From: a virus | Taxonomy: Duplodnaviria; Caudoviricetes | Reading direction: 5' to 3' (one strand) | IMG/VR virus record: IMGVR_UViG_3300025009_000108 | Coordinates: 1 to 61,177 of that record | Length of the DNA: 61,177 bases | Shown: piece by piece, positions 56,970-61,177 of the stretch | Numbering within the stretch: the stretch's first letter is position 1 | How the letters are laid out: each line of letters begins with the position of its first letter | The notes under the pieces: model-generated | Seen by the model: the letters and a program-made list of their open reading frames with translations, nothing else | What the model was told of the DNA's origin: nothing | The model's database searches: none | Program-made: the position numbers and the translations under genes

Positions 56970-58466
56970 TTATGACTCAAAATCCATGTACGTTTTTCCG
57001 TCCGTCTTTAGTTTCGCCCATGGCGGGCGTTTGGTCTTGCCGCTGACGTATTGTACTATCCTATCGGCCTCAGAATGGAATGTGCTCGGTAGAATATTGA
57101 TTTTAACGGGCCGCGCCATGACAATATGACAGGCCTCATCATAAATGTGGTCTTCCTGGTCAGTGTCTATATCCTCGGGGTTCATCTCATCCATGCACAG
57201 CGCCGGAATAGTCCGGATAAACGATTTGCACGTGCTGTAAACCTGAAGCATCGGGCGATCAGCTATTTTGCCTGTAATCTCATCACGCTTGTAGGCCATA
57301 CGTTCTCTGAACTGTCTGATTTTTAATGAGCGCGACGGGTCTCCTGGAGACAGATAGATGTCATGGGCGGAAAATACCTCTGCTGTACTCTTGCCCTGAC
57401 CTCCGCCCTTGTAATCCGGTTTTTTAGCGAAACAATCTGGACCGGCCAGCCTCAATTTGAGCTGTCCCTTGAAAAGATGGAGTTTTTCCTCTCGCTCCTT
57501 GATTCCCTCTGCTATTTCGTGGTCAGTGATCCTGATGCCGGTATCCGGTATGTCGGTGCAGCCGTACCACTCCATGCACCGAATTATGCGGCCGTCATTG
57601 TCAACCCACCACCAACCAATGGAAAATGGCTTACCAAACCCCCAATCAAAGGTCATGTAGACAGGTGCTTCCTGCGGTATTGGGACTGGATCGATAATGT
57701 GAGCGTCCGGCGAGAATGTGAAAGCCTGGCCTATGAATGTGTCCCAATCTCCGTCTATCCAGGCCTTTTTGAGGAGTGGATCTTGTATGGAAAGGAGCCT
57801 GGCCACATAGGCCGGATCGGCATCGCACAGTATTTTATTGTCAGAAAGAAAAGAAGGGATAAAAACGCGGCTTTCCCTCATTCCGTTGGCAAGCGACTTG
57901 AAAATAACTGTTTTTGGCCTTACTCCTCCAGTGCCAAGTCCAAAATAGTCCTTTACGGCCTGGTGCCCTGGCCCTCCAGGGTTGCCGGTGCCGAACATTC
58001 TGCACGCTACGCCGGCCGGAGATCGAAGGGAGCCCTTGAGCTTATCCACCATCTGAGAAAAAAATGGGAATGTGGTGCATTCATCGATGGAAATTTCCGT
58101 GTATTGCTGGCCAACCTCATCATTGAGCTGTTCGACGCGCTCATAGGCCGCCATTTTGATCTGTGCGCCAGCGAAATCACCCTTGAATCGGATATAATTG
58201 GTCTGCTGATCACCGCCAATGCGTTCTGCGGGAAGGCCTGCCCTGATCATTCCGTCAATGCGCCTTCGGGCCTCTGCGAAGTCCTTGTATTTCCTGCGGC
58301 ATATTAACCCGTTCCAGCTTCTACCATGAGCCTGAACGCCGGCCAGATGGCGACCTATTAGGCAATCCGTCTTGCCACCGCCGCGTGAGCCCCCAAAAAA
58401 AGGAAAATCAGCCGGGCAGGTTGCTGCCTCAAGCTGGGGGCCGATTTGTGGTGTCCAGAACGGCAT
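56970..58466 (-). CDS. terL: Terminase large subunit
   Basis: GGSRGGGKT, ISIDE, TGNPGG, FDWG, EDHIYDE. Confidence 0.95.
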   Translation of the reverse strand: MPFWTPQIGPQLEAATCPADFPFFGGSRGGGKTDCLIGRHLAGVQAHGRSWNGLICRRKYKDFAEARRRIDGMIRAGLPAERIGGDQQTNYIRFKGDFAGAQIKMAAYERVEQLNDEVGQQYTEISIDECTTFPFFSQMVDKLKGSLRSPAGVACRMFGTGNPGGPGHQAVKDYFGLGTGGVRPKTVIFKSLANGMRESRVFIPSFLSDNKILCDADPAYVARLLSIQDPLLKKAWIDGDWDTFIGQAFTFSPDAHIIDPVPIPQEAPVYMTFDWGFGKPFSIGWWWVDNDGRIIRCMEWYGCTDIPDTGIRITDHEIAEGIKEREEKLHLFKGQLKLRLAGPDCFAKKPDYKGGGQGKSTAEVFSAHDIYLSPGDPSRSLKIRQFRERMAYKRDEITGKIADRPMLQVYSTCKSFIRTIPALCMDEMNPEDIDTDQEDHIYDEACHIVMARPVKINILPSTFHSEADRIVQYVSGKTKRPPWAKLKTDGKTYMDFES

Positions 58467-59110
58467 TATACCTCACCTCTGGATTTATTGCGCTGCTGCC
58501 AGGCTATCCAATCGTCAATGGACGCAAAGACAGGCGGGAAGCTTACAATCTCATGCTTGATCGGGCCTCCGTCTTTACCGGTGATCTCTACTGGTCTGTC
58601 TTCTATATGGAAGGCTTGCCGCTCCAGCTGAATCCGCTTGTGCTGAACAGCGGCCAGGGCTTGCAGGGCCGACGCTCTCTCGGTGACAGCTATTCCGACC
58701 TTGTGTTCAATGACTTGGCCTTGGTACTGGCCTACCCATAACTTGGTCGGGCTATCTCCGAGTTCGGCAAGCAGGCGCTGCTCCTCTTCTCTTAGAGCTT
58801 TGATGTCTGAGCGGTGGAGCAAGACAACATCAAGCCGAACCTCAGCAGCCCTATCTACCTCAGACTCATCGGATTTTGCGTTATCATCTGCGACTTTTCT
58901 TGCTACCCTGGCATCTTCTGCGACCATCTTAGCGGTAAAGGTCTGCCTTACCGCTCCTGCCAGGTCTCGGGTCCACCCTTCTTTTTCTACTCTCTTTTGG
59001 ATTGCCCTGCGACTGCAACCATGACGCCGAGCCAATTCTGCGTCTGAGTACGTGGCTGTGCGGTACTCTTTTTTTATGGCTACCCAATCATACCTTGGTT
59101 TTTGCGGCAT
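58466..59110 (-). CDS. terS: Terminase small subunit
   Basis: DWVAIKKEY...LARRHG...IQKR..KEGW.R HTH; EITGKDGGPI tail; upstream of terL. Confidence 0.82.
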   Translation of the reverse strand: MPQKPRYDWVAIKKEYRTATYSDAELARRHGCSRRAIQKRVEKEGWTRDLAGAVRQTFTAKMVAEDARVARKVADDNAKSDESEVDRAAEVRLDVVLLHRSDIKALREEEQRLLAELGDSPTKLWVGQYQGQVIEHKVGIAVTERASALQALAAVQHKRIQLERQAFHIEDRPVEITGKDGGPIKHEIVSFPPVFASIDDWIAWQQRNKSRGEV

Positions 59111-59256
59111 ATTAGCTCTCAGGCTCGGAGGGCCGGCATGTTTCACACGTTTTGATGGCTGGACCATTTGGAGGACTCATCAATATAGGCTCGTTCATGT
59201 CATACCTCCAGCCTCGCTATGATTCTATAGATACGATCAGCTATCCCTTTGTTCAG

Positions 59257-59383
59257 TTTGCGCCTGCTCCGCCCCCTCGATCCAGTTGTGGGAGTGGTCG
59301 GGCCACCTGTCGATAGTGGCCCGACCGTGGGAGAAGGAGGAGATGCGCAAATGATATATATCAGTGTGTTAAGTTATAGTCAA
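59257..59383 (-). promoter_or_regulatory. Late promoter with structured 5' leader
   Basis: TTGACT-17-TATATA; perfect 11-bp hairpin 59296-59326 inside an outer stem. Confidence 0.6.
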
Positions 59384-59575
59384 CAGCAACTTTGAAGTAT
59401 TAAATAATTTCGATGCTATTTGCAAAAACGTGACAATTTGCGCACATTGAGTAAATACAGCAATTTATATATCATTGTGCACGAAAGTATGCAAAATAAA
59501 TTAATGGTGACGGTTTTTGTCATTCCAAAGACATTTTTAAATGCTCGTATTTGTTGATAATTTTATTTTGCGTCA

Positions 59576-59591
59576 TGGCACGATAGATGCT
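59576..59591 (+). promoter_or_regulatory. Sigma54 (-24/-12) promoter candidate
   Basis: TGGCACGATAGATGCT fits GG-N10-GC; AT-rich upstream region. Confidence 0.6.
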
Positions 59592-59641
59592 CTACCATAG
59601 TCAGGATTTAACCACCGGCCGAGAGGCCAGAAAGGAACACC

Positions 59642-59767
59642 ATGAAACGAATCACAGAACTCATCCGCTCATTTTGGCGCCGACACATATGCGCAGAGTT
59701 TCCGGGACCGGCCAGGTGCTTCGAATGCAACCAGGGATCATGCGCAGGATGCCCGGAGAGGATGTAA
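59642..59767 (+). CDS. 41-aa Cys-rich peptide
   Basis: AAGGA RBS; MKRITELIRSFWRRHIC...CFEC...CAGC. Confidence 0.55.
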   Translation: MKRITELIRSFWRRHICAEFPGPARCFECNQGSCAGCPERM

Positions 59768-59769
59768 TC

Positions 59770-59952
59770 GTGAGAAAAATCAAAAGCACAACTACGCTAT
59801 GCATTGGCTCTTTGCGGTGCTTCATGTGCGCAGAAACGGCCATTCTGCGCGTAACAATACAGGACGGGCCGTGCGAAGTAAAGGCCTGCCTGTGCTGCAT
59901 GTGCGCTCGCAAGCCAGCTGATGATATCCTTAAAAATATCTACACCAAATAG
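59770..59952 (+). CDS. Small Zn-binding protein
   Basis: GAGG RBS, GTG start; CFMC...CCMC. Confidence 0.5.
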   Translation: MRKIKSTTTLCIGSLRCFMCAETAILRVTIQDGPCEVKACLCCMCARKPADDILKNIYTK

Positions 59953-59958
59953 GGGATT

Positions 59959-60066
59959 ATGGCAATGGGAATCGAACTCGCTGACATATTGGCATACGGG
60001 GCTGGACTGGTGTATGGTGGGGCATGCGTGCTTGTCGGCATGGTGCTCTTGTGGATTGAATTTTAA
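59959..60066 (+). CDS. 35-aa membrane peptide
   Basis: AGGGG RBS; MAMGIELADILAYGAGLVYGGACVLVGMVLLWIEF. Confidence 0.5.
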   Translation: MAMGIELADILAYGAGLVYGGACVLVGMVLLWIEF

Positions 60067-60088
60067 CCGCCCTATGGGGAGGTACACA

Positions 60089-60259
60089 ATGTCAGAGCGC
60101 GAACAAGATCCAGAAGTCACCGATGATGTAATTGACCTCATCACGATCATGGGCCTTGCAATGCACCACGGTTGCGAGGGTCAATGCGGGGGTCAATTTT
60201 CAACAGAACCGTGCAAGAGCTGCCCGTTCGCTGAACGGTCAAGAAGGGGGGGAATGTGA
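60089..60259 (+). CDS. Small Cys-rich protein
   Basis: GGAGG RBS; MSEREQ...CKSCPF. Confidence 0.6.
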   Translation: MSEREQDPEVTDDVIDLITIMGLAMHHGCEGQCGGQFSTEPCKSCPFAERSRRGGM

Positions 60260-60855
60260 TGAAAACCACCTGGCGAGAACTAAGCAGCAAAACCCACAGG
60301 CAATTCGAGCACAATCCATCGACGACACCTCTTGAATACGTGCTCATGCTGATAATTATCGTAGTGCTCATGATGGCCCTATGCGTTTTTAACGGGTGCT
60401 CTGGATGGACCTACAACGGAATTCGGGGAGATGACCTGCGCATGGCGACCGGCAAGGATATCGTGGCCATGTGCGCGGGTGGGGCCACCACCTTTGCGAT
60501 ACATACCTTGGGCCACATAGCGGCTGCCGAGGCCATGGACAAACCTTGGCACTTTTCGGGCCTATCCGAGATCGTAGATGGAACCATGAGCAACGATCAG
60601 GCTGCTTGGTTTGGGAGGTCTGGGTTCCTGGCCCAACTCGCCGTAGGTTACGGATTGAAAGCTTGTGGTATCGATGGATATTTTGCGAAGGGGTACACCG
60701 CCGGGACAGTGATTGAGATCGCCACTTACCCAGCCCGCCATGACGTGTATAATAGCGGCGGTGGTGATGATTTCGCAATGATAGAACGGTCCGGCGACAA
60801 GGATCTTGAGTATGTAACCTATACCGCATTGGCTTTGGGACTAAATTTCAAATAA
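60256..60855 (+). CDS. Membrane protein or lipoprotein with HxxxH motif
   Basis: Hydrophobic segment ending FNGC; AIHTLGHIAAA. Confidence 0.65.
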   Translation: MMKTTWRELSSKTHRQFEHNPSTTPLEYVLMLIIIVVLMMALCVFNGCSGWTYNGIRGDDLRMATGKDIVAMCAGGATTFAIHTLGHIAAAEAMDKPWHFSGLSEIVDGTMSNDQAAWFGRSGFLAQLAVGYGLKACGIDGYFAKGYTAGTVIEIATYPARHDVYNSGGGDDFAMIERSGDKDLEYVTYTALALGLNFK

Positions 60856-60880
60856 CTAAAAAAAATGGGGGGGGAAGAGT

Positions 60881-61177
60881 ATGTTGTGGGAAAACATTAA
60901 AAACGAGTACAAAAATTGGCCCGTTGACGATTATGGTTACAATGTTTCTGAAAGTGGTTTCCGTATAAATATCGGTAACGGGGCCAAGATCGGTGACGGG
61001 GCCAAGATCGGTGACTGGGCCAAGATCGGTGACGGGGCCAAGATCGGTGACGGGGCCGAGATCGGTGACGAGGCCAAGATCGGTAACTGGGCCAAGATCG
61101 GTAACGGGGCCAAGATCGGTGACGGGGCCAAGATCGGTGACTGGGCCAAGATCGGTGACGGGGCCAAGATCGGTGAC
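60881..61177 (+). CDS. N-terminal part of hexapeptide-repeat protein (continues across the junction to 388)
   Basis: MLWENIKNEY...RINIGNGAKIGDGAK...; frame is open to the window end. Confidence 0.88.
   Translation, partial: MLWENIKNEYKNWPVDDYGYNVSESGFRINIGNGAKIGDGAKIGDWAKIGDGAKIGDGAEIGDEAKIGNWAKIGNGAKIGDGAKIGDWAKIGDGAKIGD
60971..61177 (+). repeat. 18-bp tandem repeat; 61102-61177 duplicates 1-76
   Basis: About 11.5 units read directly. Confidence 0.97.

Larger units (their letters stand above)
1..61177. mobile_element. Complete or near-complete tailed phage genome (podovirus-like Caudoviricetes), circular assembly
   Basis: Terminase, portal, capsid, replication, recombination and lysis modules are all present with no host housekeeping genes; 1-76 is identical to 61102-61177. 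Confidence 0.93.

Noticed and set aside
57363-58307. 314-aa + strand ORF and many similar antisense ORFs in the late region
   Set aside because: They lie antisense to well-supported genes and show no motifs
60937-61167. Minus-strand ORF MAPSPILAQSPIL...
   Set aside because: It is a shadow of the + strand repeat gene, which has a proper start and a unique C-terminal domain
61102-61177. Biological terminal direct repeat
   Set aside because: The 76-nt overlap lies inside a coding tandem repeat and fits an assembler k-mer overlap better

Overview
The window is an apparently complete, circularly assembled ~61.1 kb dsDNA tailed-phage genome. The last 76 nt repeat the first 76 nt, inside a hexapeptide-repeat gene that spans the junction. 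The architecture is podovirus-like: TerS/TerL, portal, scaffold, capsid, adaptors, nozzle, three ejection-type proteins and a 2790-aa LPD38 polyvalent protein, with no tape measure. Other modules are lambdoid-style replication (initiator with internal iterons, DnaB), ERF/YqaJ/NinB recombination, a C5 methylase, and an M15 endolysin. I see no integrase, CRISPR array, reverse transcriptase or canonical tRNA. The most unusual signals are: (1) about ten virion-type proteins, including a capsid-decoration protein, an adaptor, the nozzle and the fibres, carry Sec or lipoprotein signal peptides, and a DCDNFA cysteine-protease-like gene lies beside two lipoprotein fibres that share an LER(S/T)G motif; (2) two related tRNA-like structured ncRNAs; (3) two promoter-leader-terminator modules whose 5' end is complementary to the terminator loop; (4) an M.EcoHK31I-like overprinted two-frame methylase, invaded by an antisense HNH cassette that supplies a replacement N-terminus; (5) a sigma54-type promoter. 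All calls come from reading the sequence by eye; no searches were run.
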